This document shows, piece after piece, positions 26,864-37,489 of a stretch of DNA of 64,000 nt (positions are counted from its first letter, which is position 1; every line of letters begins with the position of its first letter). Origin of the DNA: Candidatus Eiseniibacteriota bacterium (GTDB lineage Bacteria > Eisenbacteria > RBG-16-71-46 > CAZEPH01). The notes under the pieces were generated by a model that was given only the letters and a program-made list of their open reading frames with translations, was not told the origin of the DNA and searched no databases. The position numbers and the translations under genes are program-made. The stretch spans positions 1-64,000 of the forward strand of contig JBGATO010000008.1 in the NCBI GenBank assembly GCA_044229145.1. The letters are read 5' to 3'.

Positions 26864-27829
26864 ATGGCCCCCGTCACCGCCTGTGCCTCGAAGGCAGACG
26901 TTCTGCGTTCGATTGAGCCCGTCGTCCAGCAATTGGTGGATGCGCATCGCGAGAAACGTCAGCTGTGGTTTCCGTCGGAGTTGCTCGCACCGGCCGAGGG
27001 GCAGGAAGTCGATGAGTTCCTCGCCACGCTTCGCCAGCGTGCGGCCGGCATCGACGGTCCCGCGCGCGTCACCCTCGTCTTGGCTATGCTCACGGAAGAA
27101 GGATTGCCGCACTTTCACCGGCTCTTCGCGGCCCACATGGGTGACGGGGGCGTGTGGGAGGAGTGGCGCAATCTGTGGACCGCGGAAGAAGAGCGACACG
27201 GCATCGTCCTCCAGCATTGGGTTCGCGATTCGCGCGCGTTCCATCCTGCCGCCGTCGAGCGAATCCTCTACCTATACCTCACGGAGGGATTCGAGCCCGC
27301 GTGGTCCGGCGATCCGTACCAAATGCTTGCATACACGAGCATGCAGGAGCGCGCCACGCAGATGACGCACGCAAGCACGGGCCGACTGGTGGGGGAAGTC
27401 GAGCCGGTGATCGGCGGCATCCTGAAGCGGATCGCGACCGAGGAAGCGCGTCACTACGCGTTCTATCGCGCTGCGTTCGCGGAAGTCCTCGCGTGCGATC
27501 CGAACGCCGCCGTGCAGTCGGCCGCCCAGACGATGACGTCGATGGCGATGCCGGGTGCGGCGATGCCACGCTTCGACGAGTTCGCCGACGTGGCGCGCAG
27601 GGCTGGCATCTACGGGCCCGTCGAATACCTGCGCATCGTCGAGGAGCACATCGAGCACTGGCGGATCGCCACGCTCGCCGGATTGGACGGGCAGGGCCGG
27701 CAAGCGCAGGCCACGATCCTCGCGTTGCCCGCGCGGCTGCGCCGCATGATCGAGATCACGGAGAACCGCCGGCGTCCGCGCAGCTTTGCACTCGCCGACA
27801 TCTGCCGCCTGGACTTCGAGATGGTCTGA
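26864..27829 (+). CDS. Acyl-ACP desaturase, paralog 2
   Basis: GAGGA RBS and ATG at 26864. TEEGLPHFH, WTAEEERHG, YTSMQERATQMTH, IATEEARH. Confidence 0.9.
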   Translation: MAPVTACASKADVLRSIEPVVQQLVDAHREKRQLWFPSELLAPAEGQEVDEFLATLRQRAAGIDGPARVTLVLAMLTEEGLPHFHRLFAAHMGDGGVWEEWRNLWTAEEERHGIVLQHWVRDSRAFHPAAVERILYLYLTEGFEPAWSGDPYQMLAYTSMQERATQMTHASTGRLVGEVEPVIGGILKRIATEEARHYAFYRAAFAEVLACDPNAAVQSAAQTMTSMAMPGAAMPRFDEFADVARRAGIYGPVEYLRIVEEHIEHWRIATLAGLDGQGRQAQATILALPARLRRMIEITENRRRPRSFALADICRLDFEMV

Positions 27830-27939
27830 CGGATCTCGACGTGCCGCCGTTCCCCCGCTGTCCGTTCCACCCACGCCTCGGGTATCCTCCGTGAGCCGCT
27901 CCCGCATCGAGCCGGAGCGGAGGCCGCGCGGAGGACGCC

Positions 27940-28272
27940 CTGGATACCTACTACAAGCCCGAGGACCTTGCACGGTTCGCCGAACTGGGCAAGAACCGGC
28001 CCGACCTGTGGGATAAGTTCCACGCCTGGTACGCTGCCGTGTTTGCGGACGGCGCGCTGACCGTCCGCGAGAAAGCGCTCATCGCCCTCGCCGTCGCGCA
28101 CGCCGTCCAGTGCCCCTACTGCATCGACGCGTATAGTCACGCGTCGCTCGAGAATGGCGCCGACCTCGATCAGATGACGGAGGCGGTGCACGTCGCGGGC
28201 GCGATCCGCGGCGGCGCTTGCCTGGCGCACGGCGTGCAGATGCGCACCATCGCCACGAAGGCGGGCATGTAG
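27940..28272 (+). CDS. AhpD/carboxymuconolactone-decarboxylase-family peroxidase-like protein (the type usually paired with ArsS); probable CTG start
   Basis: GGAGGA then CTG GAT ACC TAC TAC, reading DTYYKPEDLARF...GALTVREKALIALAVAHAVQCPYCIDAY...HGVQM. CxxC motif present. Confidence 0.85.
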   Translation: MDTYYKPEDLARFAELGKNRPDLWDKFHAWYAAVFADGALTVREKALIALAVAHAVQCPYCIDAYSHASLENGADLDQMTEAVHVAGAIRGGACLAHGVQMRTIATKAGM

Positions 28273-29325
<1,053 letters not shown>

Positions 29326-29455
29326 GCCGGACGGGCGCCGTCCGTCGCCTCCACACGAATTGACTCGACTTCGCCTCCGGCCCCGCCCAGGCTGGCAGCG
29401 AAATTACGCGAATCCTCCCCGGCTTTGCACTCGTCCCCTCTCCCCGAGGTGCTTC

Positions 29456-30424
29456 GTGTCCACATCTGCCGCTGTCCCGGGTGCCAAGGTGGAAGTCTTG
29501 CGGGCGATCGACCCCACCGTACAGTCCCTCATGGCCGATCACTGCCAGAAGCGGCGCCTGTGGTTCCCCTCGGAACTCGCCGGACCGCCGGCCGGAAGCG
29601 ATCCGCGCGATTTCGCCAACGAGTTGAGTACCCGCGCCGCCGCAATCAGCGGGCCGGTCCGCGCCACGATCGTCCTCAACATGCTGACGGAAGAGGGACT
29701 GCCGCACTTCCACCGCCTCATGTCGCGCATCATGGGCCAGGAGAGCACCTGGACCACGTGGCGCGACGCCTGGACGGCCGAGGAAGAGCGGCACGGCGCG
29801 GTGATGCAGATGTGGGTGCATGCGTCGGGCGCCTTCGTCGGCGCCGGCATCGAGCGGATGCTGTTCGCCTACATCAACAGCGGCTTCGTGCCGGACTGGA
29901 ACGATGATCCCTATCGCATGCTCGTCTATACGAGCATGCAAGAGCGGGCGACCCAGATCTCGCATCGCGCCACCGGACACCTGGCGGGAGCGGAGGAGCC
30001 AGTGATCGGCGCGGTGCTGCGCCACGTGGCGGCAGATGAAGCGCGCCACTTCGTGTTCTACCGCGGAGTCGTCCAGGCCGTCGTGGACCGCGATCCTAGC
30101 GGCGCACTGCTGGCGTTCGCACACGTCGTCACGCACATGGATATGCCGGGCGTGTCGATGCCGCGGTTCGGCGCGTTGGCCGAGGTGGTGCGGCGGCTCG
30201 GGGTGTACGGGCCGGATCAGTTCCTTGCTATCGTCGAAGACCACATCAAGTCGTGGGGCGTCGCAACGCTCACCGGGCTCTCCGCCGAGGGGCGCCAGGC
30301 GCAAGAGACCATCCTTGCCGCACCGGCCCGGCTGCGCCGGGTGGCGGAGATTGCGCGGGCCCGCCAGCGGCCGCGAACCTTCGCGTTCGCCGACGTCTGC
30401 CAGGCTGACTTCACCATGGCCTGA
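29456..30424 (+). CDS. Acyl-ACP desaturase, paralog 3
   Basis: GAGGT RBS and GTG at 29456. TEEGLPHFH, WTAEEERHG, YTSMQERATQISH, VAADEARH. Confidence 0.9.
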   Translation: MSTSAAVPGAKVEVLRAIDPTVQSLMADHCQKRRLWFPSELAGPPAGSDPRDFANELSTRAAAISGPVRATIVLNMLTEEGLPHFHRLMSRIMGQESTWTTWRDAWTAEEERHGAVMQMWVHASGAFVGAGIERMLFAYINSGFVPDWNDDPYRMLVYTSMQERATQISHRATGHLAGAEEPVIGAVLRHVAADEARHFVFYRGVVQAVVDRDPSGALLAFAHVVTHMDMPGVSMPRFGALAEVVRRLGVYGPDQFLAIVEDHIKSWGVATLTGLSAEGRQAQETILAAPARLRRVAEIARARQRPRTFAFADVCQADFTMA

Positions 30425-30539
30425 TGCGCCCTCCGGGGTGCCCATCTGGCCCTAGCCACGGCGGGAGCCTCACGCTATCATCCCGGCTTCTTGCGCCCAC
30501 GCCGGATGCGCCCGGGCGCCGCAATTCGCTGGAGCCCCT

Positions 30540-32189
30540 ATGCCGACGCTCACGATCAACGGCAAGACCATCGAGGTCCCGGCCGGCACCAACCTCATCG
30601 AGGCCGCGCGCCAGGCCGGCGCCGCCGTCCCGCACTTCTGCTATCACCCCGACCTGCCCATCGCCGGCAACTGCCGCATGTGCCTCGTGCACATCGAGAA
30701 GATGCCGAAGCTGCAGATCGCCTGCAACACGGTGGCCACCGAGGGCATGGTGGTGACCACGCAGAACGGCGAGGTCGACGAAGCGGTGAAGGGCGTCCTC
30801 GAGTTCTTGCTCAAGAACCACCCCGTCGACTGTCCGATCTGCGACCAGGCCGGCGAGTGCAAGCTCCAGGACTACTACATGGAGGTCGGCCTCCACGACT
30901 CGCGCGTCGACCAGGCCGACAAGGTGCACAAGCGCAAGACGATCGACATCGGCGAGATGATCGTGCTCGACCGCGAACGGTGCGTGCTGTGCTCGCGCTG
31001 CATCCGTTTCGGCGAGCAGGTGCTCGGCGGCGCCGAGTTCGGCTTCGCCAACCGCGGCGACCACGTCCAGATCACCACCTTCAACGACCAGCCGCTGAAG
31101 TACGGCTACGCCGGCAACTACGCCGACATGTGCCCGGTGGGCGCGCTGACCTCGCGCGACTTCCGCTTCAAGAAGCGCGTGTGGCTGCTGCAGGGCACGC
31201 CGTCGGTGTGCACCGGTTGCTCGACCGGCTGCAACATCCAGATCGACCATGAAGGCGGCGACGTGTTCCGCTTCGTGCCGCGCCGCAACGCCGACGTCAA
31301 TGCGTCGTGGATGTGCGACGACGGCCGCCTGTCGTACAAGAAGATCAACGCCGAGGACCGCGTCACCACGCCGATGCGGCACCACGCCGGCGCGCCGGTC
31401 GCCAGCACGTGGGCCGAGACGACGCGCCTGTTCGCCGACGCGCTGCAGGCGGCGGGCGGCGCGGCCACCGCGATGATCGCCAGTCCGCAGGCCACCAACG
31501 AGTCGCTCGCCGCGTTCCAAGCGCTCGCCGAGGCGGTGGGCGCCGCGTGGGTCGACTACCGCGCCGACGGTTCGCACGCCCTCACCGAGGAGCGCGAGGA
31601 CGCGGTGCTTCGCCGCAAGGATCACAGCCCAAACAACAAGGGCTGCGCCGCCATCGTCAAGACGACGTCTGACGTCGACGCGATCCTCGCCGCGTGCGAA
31701 GCGGGCACGGTGAAGGTGCTCTACTTGCTCGGCACCGAACTGCTCACCAACCGTGCCGACGCCGACCGCGTCGCCAAGGCGCTCGCGAAGGTCGAAACCG
31801 TCGCCGTGCACGCCGAGCACTGGACCGACGCGCTGGAGAACGTCGCGCTCGTCTTCCCGGCCGCCAGCGTCGCCGAGCAGGACGGCACCTACACGAACTA
31901 CGCCGGCCGCGTGCAGCGCGTGAAGCGCGCGTTCGCGCCGCGGGGCGCCTGCCAGCCGCACGGCGCGGTGGCGCGCGAAGCATTGCGCCAACTCGGCAAG
32001 CAGACGCCGCCGGAAACCGCCGCCGCCACGTTCAAGCATCTCGCGGAGTCGAACCCCGCGTTCGCCGGTCTCACGTGGGCCGGGCTCGAGCCGCACAAGG
32101 CGAGCGCGCAGGATCTCTCCGCGGTGATCAGCCTGCACGGCGCGAAGCAGAATCCGCTCAAGGTCAGCATCGGAGGAGGCGTGCGATGA
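30540..32189 (+). CDS. nuoG: NADH-quinone oxidoreductase subunit G (short form, 549 aa)
   Basis: FCYHP...GNCRMCLV...IAC, NHPVDCPICDQAGECKLQD, CVLCSRCIRF...MCPVGAL, CTGCSTGC...MCDDGR. Confidence 0.92.
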   Translation: MPTLTINGKTIEVPAGTNLIEAARQAGAAVPHFCYHPDLPIAGNCRMCLVHIEKMPKLQIACNTVATEGMVVTTQNGEVDEAVKGVLEFLLKNHPVDCPICDQAGECKLQDYYMEVGLHDSRVDQADKVHKRKTIDIGEMIVLDRERCVLCSRCIRFGEQVLGGAEFGFANRGDHVQITTFNDQPLKYGYAGNYADMCPVGALTSRDFRFKKRVWLLQGTPSVCTGCSTGCNIQIDHEGGDVFRFVPRRNADVNASWMCDDGRLSYKKINAEDRVTTPMRHHAGAPVASTWAETTRLFADALQAAGGAATAMIASPQATNESLAAFQALAEAVGAAWVDYRADGSHALTEEREDAVLRRKDHSPNNKGCAAIVKTTSDVDAILAACEAGTVKVLYLLGTELLTNRADADRVAKALAKVETVAVHAEHWTDALENVALVFPAASVAEQDGTYTNYAGRVQRVKRAFAPRGACQPHGAVAREALRQLGKQTPPETAAATFKHLAESNPAFAGLTWAGLEPHKASAQDLSAVISLHGAKQNPLKVSIGGGVR

Positions 32190-32806
32190 GCACGACGGTG
32201 GACCTCAGCGCGCCGAAGGTCATGGGCGCGATGCACGGCAAGGGCAGCGTCAAGGTCGTGCACGAATCGGCGCGCGGCTCCGTGTTCGCCACGCTCAAGG
32301 GCCTGACGATCACGCTCAAGTACACGATCCTCAACCTGACCGGCAAACTCGCGCCGACCGTCAGCTACCCCGAGCAGCGCCGCAACTACAGCGACCGCTT
32401 CCGCGGCGTGCACGTCATCACGCAGCGCCCGGACGGCTCGCCGAAGTGCGTCGCCTGCTACATGTGCTCGACGATCTGCCCGGCCGACTGCATCCACATC
32501 GAGGCCGGCGAGCGCGATGGCGCCACGTTCGAGAAGTACCCGACCAAGTTCGAGATCGACATGCTGCGCTGCGTCATGTGCGGCCTGTGTGTCGACGCCT
32601 GCCCCGAAGAAGCCATCATCATGTCGAAGGACTACGAGATGGCGGCCTACACGCGCGAGGACACGGTGTACGACCTCACGCGCCTCATGTTCCGCAAGGG
32701 CATCGAGGAGTGGGGCCTCGGCTACCGCCCGCGCCGCGACGACATCGACGTCGCTTCGCCGGCCCGCCACCCGCGTGACAAGAAGCCGATGACGCCGTCG
32801 GTGTAG
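32186..32806 (+). CDS. nuoI: NADH-quinone oxidoreductase subunit I
   Basis: GGAGG RBS and ATGA overlap with nuoG. YPEQ..RFRG.H, CVACYMCSTICP, CVMCGLCVDACP. Confidence 0.93.
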   Translation: MSTTVDLSAPKVMGAMHGKGSVKVVHESARGSVFATLKGLTITLKYTILNLTGKLAPTVSYPEQRRNYSDRFRGVHVITQRPDGSPKCVACYMCSTICPADCIHIEAGERDGATFEKYPTKFEIDMLRCVMCGLCVDACPEEAIIMSKDYEMAAYTREDTVYDLTRLMFRKGIEEWGLGYRPRRDDIDVASPARHPRDKKPMTPSV

Positions 32807-32828
32807 CGAGGCGGGGGAGAGGGCGGAC

Positions 32829-33689
32829 GTGCCGGTGTGCCCGGGATCCTCAAGAGGCCGCTGCCACGCACTTGGGTCCTTGTCGATCCTCGTCGCGGTC
32901 TTCGTGTTCGTCTGGTGCGCACGTTCCGATGCGGCGGGATCCACGCCGACAAGGACAGTCCGAAGCGCCAACGGAGCGTTCACGATCCGCATTCCCGCGG
33001 ATTGGGTGGCGCGCGACACCAGCGCGACGTCCATGCACTACTTCGACGAGTTCTTCTTCGTCCGAAATCAGCGATTTGCGTACGGGATCCACGACTCCGT
33101 GCGAGCGGACGGCCGGCGGTTCTTCAACCCTCAGGTCCTCAGGAACGAGATTCCGGCGGGGTGCCTGTTGATCACGTTCGCGACGCAAGACGGTCCGCCC
33201 GGCGATTGGCTCTGGGAATATTCGCCCGACACCGTCGGCGACAATCTCGCGCGGCTCCTGGGTCCGAAGGCGTTTCGATGGGAATCCCACGAGGGCATCG
33301 CATCCACTGGTGTGGACTTTCGCAAGTGGCAGCAGGACTGGGGCGTCCGCGTCTGGTCGCGGGAGCCGACAGAACCGCGATTGCGGAAGCAGGCGGAGCA
33401 GGCTCTGCGTTCGGTGGTGTTCCACCCGCTTCCGGTCACCCTCGGCGGACAGGCTGTCGCACGCGCGTACGCGGCGCTTCCGGCGTCCGTGAAGGCGTTG
33501 CGGCCGAGCGTCGCGCCCGGGGCCACGGTCGGCGGCTCGAATTCGTCCGGTGATCTCGCCACCACAGTCGAGGAGACTGCGCGGGGCATGCGCGTCACGT
33601 TTCGCGTAGGCGATCGAGCCTGGAGTTACGACGTCGATCAGAAAACCGGAGTGGTGCATCCACGGCGAAGCCGCAACGGCGCACGCTGA
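32829..33689 (+). CDS. Hypothetical exported protein
   Basis: Hydrophobic N-terminal segment followed by a globular aromatic-rich region. No family recognised and the start is uncertain. Confidence 0.55.
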   Translation: MPVCPGSSRGRCHALGSLSILVAVFVFVWCARSDAAGSTPTRTVRSANGAFTIRIPADWVARDTSATSMHYFDEFFFVRNQRFAYGIHDSVRADGRRFFNPQVLRNEIPAGCLLITFATQDGPPGDWLWEYSPDTVGDNLARLLGPKAFRWESHEGIASTGVDFRKWQQDWGVRVWSREPTEPRLRKQAEQALRSVVFHPLPVTLGGQAVARAYAALPASVKALRPSVAPGATVGGSNSSGDLATTVEETARGMRVTFRVGDRAWSYDVDQKTGVVHPRRSRNGAR

Positions 33690-33852
33690 GTTTGCCTGCG
33701 GCTAAATCCGGCCTTCACGCTTGGTGCCGCGTACTGGGTTCGCGGCGGCATCGGGGATGAGAGCCACCGCGGTGCACTTACGCGCGGAGATCACGGGGTA
33801 GCGCACATGGCCCAGCCCTTGCGCCCTTCGACGTCATGAAGGAGAGCAGACC

Positions 33853-34068
33853 ATGCCGGTTCCTGAGCCGCCGATTACTCGTTCGCCCGACGTGATGAGT
33901 GGTGCCGCCGTCTTCGCTGGGACGCGCGTTCCCGTGCAGACGCTGTTCGAGTACCTGGAAGGCGGTGATCCGCTCGCGGAGTTCCTCGAGGACTTTCCGT
34001 CGGTGACGCGCGAGCACGCAGTCACCGTGCTCGAAGTCGCCAATCGCGCGCTGTCGGCGGGCGCGTAG
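33853..34068 (+). CDS. DUF433-family antitoxin
   Basis: ITRSPDVMSGAAVFAGTRVPVQTLFEYLEGG..LAEFLEDFPSV. AAGGAG RBS. Confidence 0.9.
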   Translation: MPVPEPPITRSPDVMSGAAVFAGTRVPVQTLFEYLEGGDPLAEFLEDFPSVTREHAVTVLEVANRALSAGA

Positions 34069-34526
34069 TGCGGGTCTTGTTGGACGAGTGCGTGCCGCAA
34101 CGACTTCGCCGTACGCTTTGCGGCCACTACATCGCCACGGTGCAGAGTCTTGGGTGGGCGGGGCTTCGTGATCTCGATCTGCTCACGCGCATCGGGGCGC
34201 GATTCGACGCGGTCGTGACGGTCGATCGAAAGCTGCCGAGTCGGTTGGAGGTCGGCGGGCTCCCGTTCGCGATCGTGCTGCTGGTCGGGCGCTCGAATCG
34301 TCTCGGGGACCTCGAGCCGCTCTTGCAAGGGGCCTCTCGTATTCTCCCGGACTGCCACCCGGGCGAACTCCACACCGTCGCCGATTTCCAGCGCGGCGAA
34401 ATCGTGCGCGAGTGGACGCCGGCCTACCGCGCTCGCGAAATCGCCGACTTCCGGTGTTGCGCCTGGCGCGCGCGTGCTTGCTCCCCGGCAATCCGATCCG
34501 CCAGAAACATCTTGAGCAGCGACTGA
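34068..34526 (+). CDS. DUF5615 / PIN-like (VapC45-type) toxin with an extended C-terminus
   Basis: MRVLLDECVP...TV..LGWAGLRD.DLL...FDAVVTVDR. Coupled to the DUF433 gene by a TAGTG overlap. Confidence 0.82.
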   Translation: MRVLLDECVPQRLRRTLCGHYIATVQSLGWAGLRDLDLLTRIGARFDAVVTVDRKLPSRLEVGGLPFAIVLLVGRSNRLGDLEPLLQGASRILPDCHPGELHTVADFQRGEIVREWTPAYRAREIADFRCCAWRARACSPAIRSARNILSSD

Positions 34527-34765
34527 TACGGTACGTCACGCTTGTTCGCGAGCACCTTGAGGTCAGCGAGCATTCCTGCCGGCAATCGTAGCGAAATCGT
34601 CTGAGTCGATGGCTTCAGCCGCGGCAGCGTGGTCTCGCGCGCGGCATCCCAGTCCACGAACTCCGTCGTATCGTGCGTGTCCCAGAACGCGCGCTCCTCC
34701 GCTTCCGACTTGAAGCGCGGGACTGGCTTACGCGCCTTCGTTGCCGGCTTCCGATTTTTCGGCAT
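34424..34765 (-). CDS. BrnA/CopG-like antitoxin
   Basis: PRFKSEAEERAFWDTHD..EFVDW, ISLRLP..ML..LK..ANKRDVPYQSLLKMFL. Confidence 0.88.
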   Translation of the reverse strand: MPKNRKPATKARKPVPRFKSEAEERAFWDTHDTTEFVDWDAARETTLPRLKPSTQTISLRLPAGMLADLKVLANKRDVPYQSLLKMFLADRIAGEQARARQAQHRKSAISRAR

Positions 34766-35054
34766 AGAGCCTCCGTTCGGTCTTGTTCATCGGCCGCGCG
34801 GAAATCACGCGGAGCAGTGCGCCACGAATCGTGAAGACCACCAGGAGCAGACGATCGAGATTCGTGCGGCCCAGGGCAAAGTAGCGCGCCTCGTGGAGCG
34901 AGTGCTTGAAGTCATCGGCCACGATGAGCGGTTGGTTGAAGAAGAGTTGCTCGCACTCGTCGCGGGTCACGCGATGACGCTCCCATGTTTTGGTGTCGTT
35001 GCCCGCGTCCCATTGAAAGCCGGTGACCCGGGTTAGGTGCGACTTCGCGTCCAT
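34728..35054 (-). CDS. BrnT-family toxin
   Basis: GFQWDAGN..K.W.RH.V...ECEQLF, HS..EARYFALGRT...RLLLVVFTIRG...RVISARPM...ERRLY. Confidence 0.9.
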   Translation of the reverse strand: MDAKSHLTRVTGFQWDAGNDTKTWERHRVTRDECEQLFFNQPLIVADDFKHSLHEARYFALGRTNLDRLLLVVFTIRGALLRVISARPMNKTERRLYAEKSEAGNEGA

Positions 35055-35182
35055 GAATCAAGTGTATATGGCTCGCATATACCTTCGTCAAGTGGCCGGG
35101 TGCAGGGCTCGCTTCCACACCAGGTTGGCTGGGGGGCGCGCTTGGACCCCTGCCGCCGCCACCCGTTGTGTACAATCCGGGC

Positions 35183-36217
35183 ATGTCCAATCCGCACGAC
35201 ATCCGCATCCTCAACAACGAGCCCGCCGTCCCGCACGGCGCCCCCGGCCACGTCCACACCGAGGCCTGTGACGAGCGCACCACCGCGCCGGGCCGCCGCA
35301 GCGGGCCGAACGCGATGCAGAAACACATCGCCGCCGAACAGGGTCACGCGCACGCCGGCCGCCTGCCGGAGTGGATGAAGGTCCGGCTCAGCAACGGCGC
35401 CGGCTACAGCCGCATCCGCGAGCTGGTGCGCGAGCAGAACCTCCACACCGTCTGCCAATCCGCCGACTGCCCGAACATGAGCGACTGCTGGAGCCGCGGC
35501 ACCGCCACGTTCATGATCCTCGGCAACGTCTGCACGCGCTCGTGCGGCTTCTGCGCGGTGCAAACCGGCCGGCCGCTCGAGCTCGATCTCGACGAGCCGC
35601 GCCGTGTGGCCGCCAGCGTCGCGACGATGGGCCTCAAGCACGCCGTCATCACCAGCGTGAACCGCGACGAACTGCCGGACGGCGGCGCCCAGATGTTCGC
35701 CGACACCATCACGCAGATCCGCGAACAGACCCATGGCGCCACCTACGTCGAGGTGCTGATCCCCGACTTCCGCGGCGAAATCGAGCCGCTGCAGATCGTC
35801 ATGACCGCGCGCCCCGACGTTCTCAACCACAACGTCGAGACCGTGCCGCGGCTCTATCCGATGGTGCGGCCGCAGGCGCGCATCGAGCGCAGCCTCGAAT
35901 TGCTGCAACGCGCCAAGGCGATGGACGCGACGGTCGCCACCAAGTCCGGCCTGATGGTCGGCCTCGGCGAGACGGACGACGAAGTCCGTGAACTCATGCA
36001 GATGATGGCCGACCACGGCGTCGACATCATCACCATCGGCCAGTACCTCCGCCCGACGCCGCAGCACCTGCCGGTGACCCGCTACGTCCACCCCGACACC
36101 TTCGCCCAGTACGTCGAGTGGGGGAAGGCGATGGGCGTGAAGGACGTGGCCAGCGGCCCGCTTGTCCGCAGCTCGTTCCACGCCGAGCAGACGCTGGAAC
36201 GCGCCCGGCACGGTTGA
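35183..36217 (+). CDS. lipA: Lipoyl synthase
   Basis: LHTVCQSADCPNMSDCW (CxxxxCxxxxxC), CTRSCGFC, HNVETVPRL, GQYLRP, GPLVRSSFHA. Confidence 0.96.
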   Translation: MSNPHDIRILNNEPAVPHGAPGHVHTEACDERTTAPGRRSGPNAMQKHIAAEQGHAHAGRLPEWMKVRLSNGAGYSRIRELVREQNLHTVCQSADCPNMSDCWSRGTATFMILGNVCTRSCGFCAVQTGRPLELDLDEPRRVAASVATMGLKHAVITSVNRDELPDGGAQMFADTITQIREQTHGATYVEVLIPDFRGEIEPLQIVMTARPDVLNHNVETVPRLYPMVRPQARIERSLELLQRAKAMDATVATKSGLMVGLGETDDEVRELMQMMADHGVDIITIGQYLRPTPQHLPVTRYVHPDTFAQYVEWGKAMGVKDVASGPLVRSSFHAEQTLERARHG

Positions 36218-36516
36218 CAGATCTGCCGACGAGGCTTAGCGTTATCGGCTCTTCCTCACGCGAAGCAGGCGCGCAGCCCCGGACGCGCCGCGGCCGCGTG
36301 AGGTCCACTTCCGCGTTCCCGCGCCGCCGCGCGGTCAGCTGACATCTCAAGATTCGCAGGGATCAGGCGATACTCCTTCTCCGTGGGGCAGCGTCCACGA
36401 CAGACGCACCCCGTCCCGACCGGCTCACGGCACGATGCCCGCCGCCGGTGAGGGGATCAGGAGATCCCCGGCGACAGACTGACAACGTGGACCGCTAGGC
36501 GATCCGGGAGGCCAGG

Positions 36517-36978
36517 GTGATCGAGCCCAACGCAGGAGGACGGGAAGCGCGCGAGGTGCGCCGCGAGAAGTGGCCGCGCATCTTCACGCTCGAAGAGGCG
36601 AACGCGCTGCTGCCGTTGGTCAAGAAGACCTTCGACTGGATCGACGAACGCCGCGCCGAACTCGAGCAGCTCTCGCGCTCGCTCGAGGTGCTCGAACTGG
36701 TGGCCACCAGCGGCGCCTGCGACGGCAGCCCGGACCACGCGCAGTACCTCGACGCCAAGGCGCACTTCGACTCGCTGGTCGAAGAAGTCCAGGCCGAGCT
36801 CACCCGTCTCACCGACATGGGCGTCGTGCTCCGCGATCTCGACCAGGGACTGGTCGACTTCCACGCCCTGCGCAATGGCCGCGTGGTCTTCCTCTGCTGG
36901 AAGCGCGGCGAAGACGACATCAACCACTGGCACACCGTCGAGAGCGGATTTGCCGGACGGCGGCCTCTCGACGCCTAG
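36517..36978 (+). CDS. DUF2203-family protein
   Basis: FTLEEANALLP...GVVLRDLDQGLVDF...VFLCWKRGE..I.HWH....GFAGRRPL. GGAGG RBS. Confidence 0.88.
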   Translation: MIEPNAGGREAREVRREKWPRIFTLEEANALLPLVKKTFDWIDERRAELEQLSRSLEVLELVATSGACDGSPDHAQYLDAKAHFDSLVEEVQAELTRLTDMGVVLRDLDQGLVDFHALRNGRVVFLCWKRGEDDINHWHTVESGFAGRRPLDA

Positions 36979-37069
36979 GCCGTCCGACGATCTGTGCACG
37001 TGGTGCGGGGACCGCGATCCCGATGCGGTTCCCGCCTTTTCTTTCCCCCGAGGGAGCCACGCGAACACG

Positions 37070-37375
37070 ATGGGACACTGGGTCAAGGTGGCACGTCTCG
37101 CCGACCTCCGCGACGGCGAAGGCTTCGCGGCGATGGCGGAGGACAACGAGATCGCGCTCTTCCGCGTGCGCGGTGAGGTCTACGCGATCGGCAATGCCTG
37201 CATCCACCAGGGCGGCCCGCTGGCCGACGGCTGGTGCGACGGGCCGATCGTCAGCTGCCCGTGGCACGGGTGGGAGTACGACGTGACGACCGGCGCGTGC
37301 CAGCTCGCCGGAGGTGTGTCGGTGCCGACGTATCCGGTCAAGGTCGAGGGCGACGAGATCTTCGTCGAGGTGTAA
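37070..37375 (+). CDS. Rieske-type [2Fe-2S] ferredoxin
   Basis: CIHQGGPL and CPWHGWEYD Rieske boxes. ATG at 37070. Confidence 0.92.
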   Translation: MGHWVKVARLADLRDGEGFAAMAEDNEIALFRVRGEVYAIGNACIHQGGPLADGWCDGPIVSCPWHGWEYDVTTGACQLAGGVSVPTYPVKVEGDEIFVEV

Positions 37376-37489
37376 GCGAGCCCGAGCATTCGGCTAGTCG
37401 AGCGCGCGGTCGAGTGCTAGTCTCGATCTTCTCTCAGCGTCCTGTGCTGGCGATGCCTGCCGCATCGCGTGCGCCCCTCAGGAGGATCC

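Noticed and set aside
32829..35054. Toxin-antitoxin region as a prophage or mobile element
   Set aside because: No integrase, transposase, tRNA target or terminal repeats were seen.
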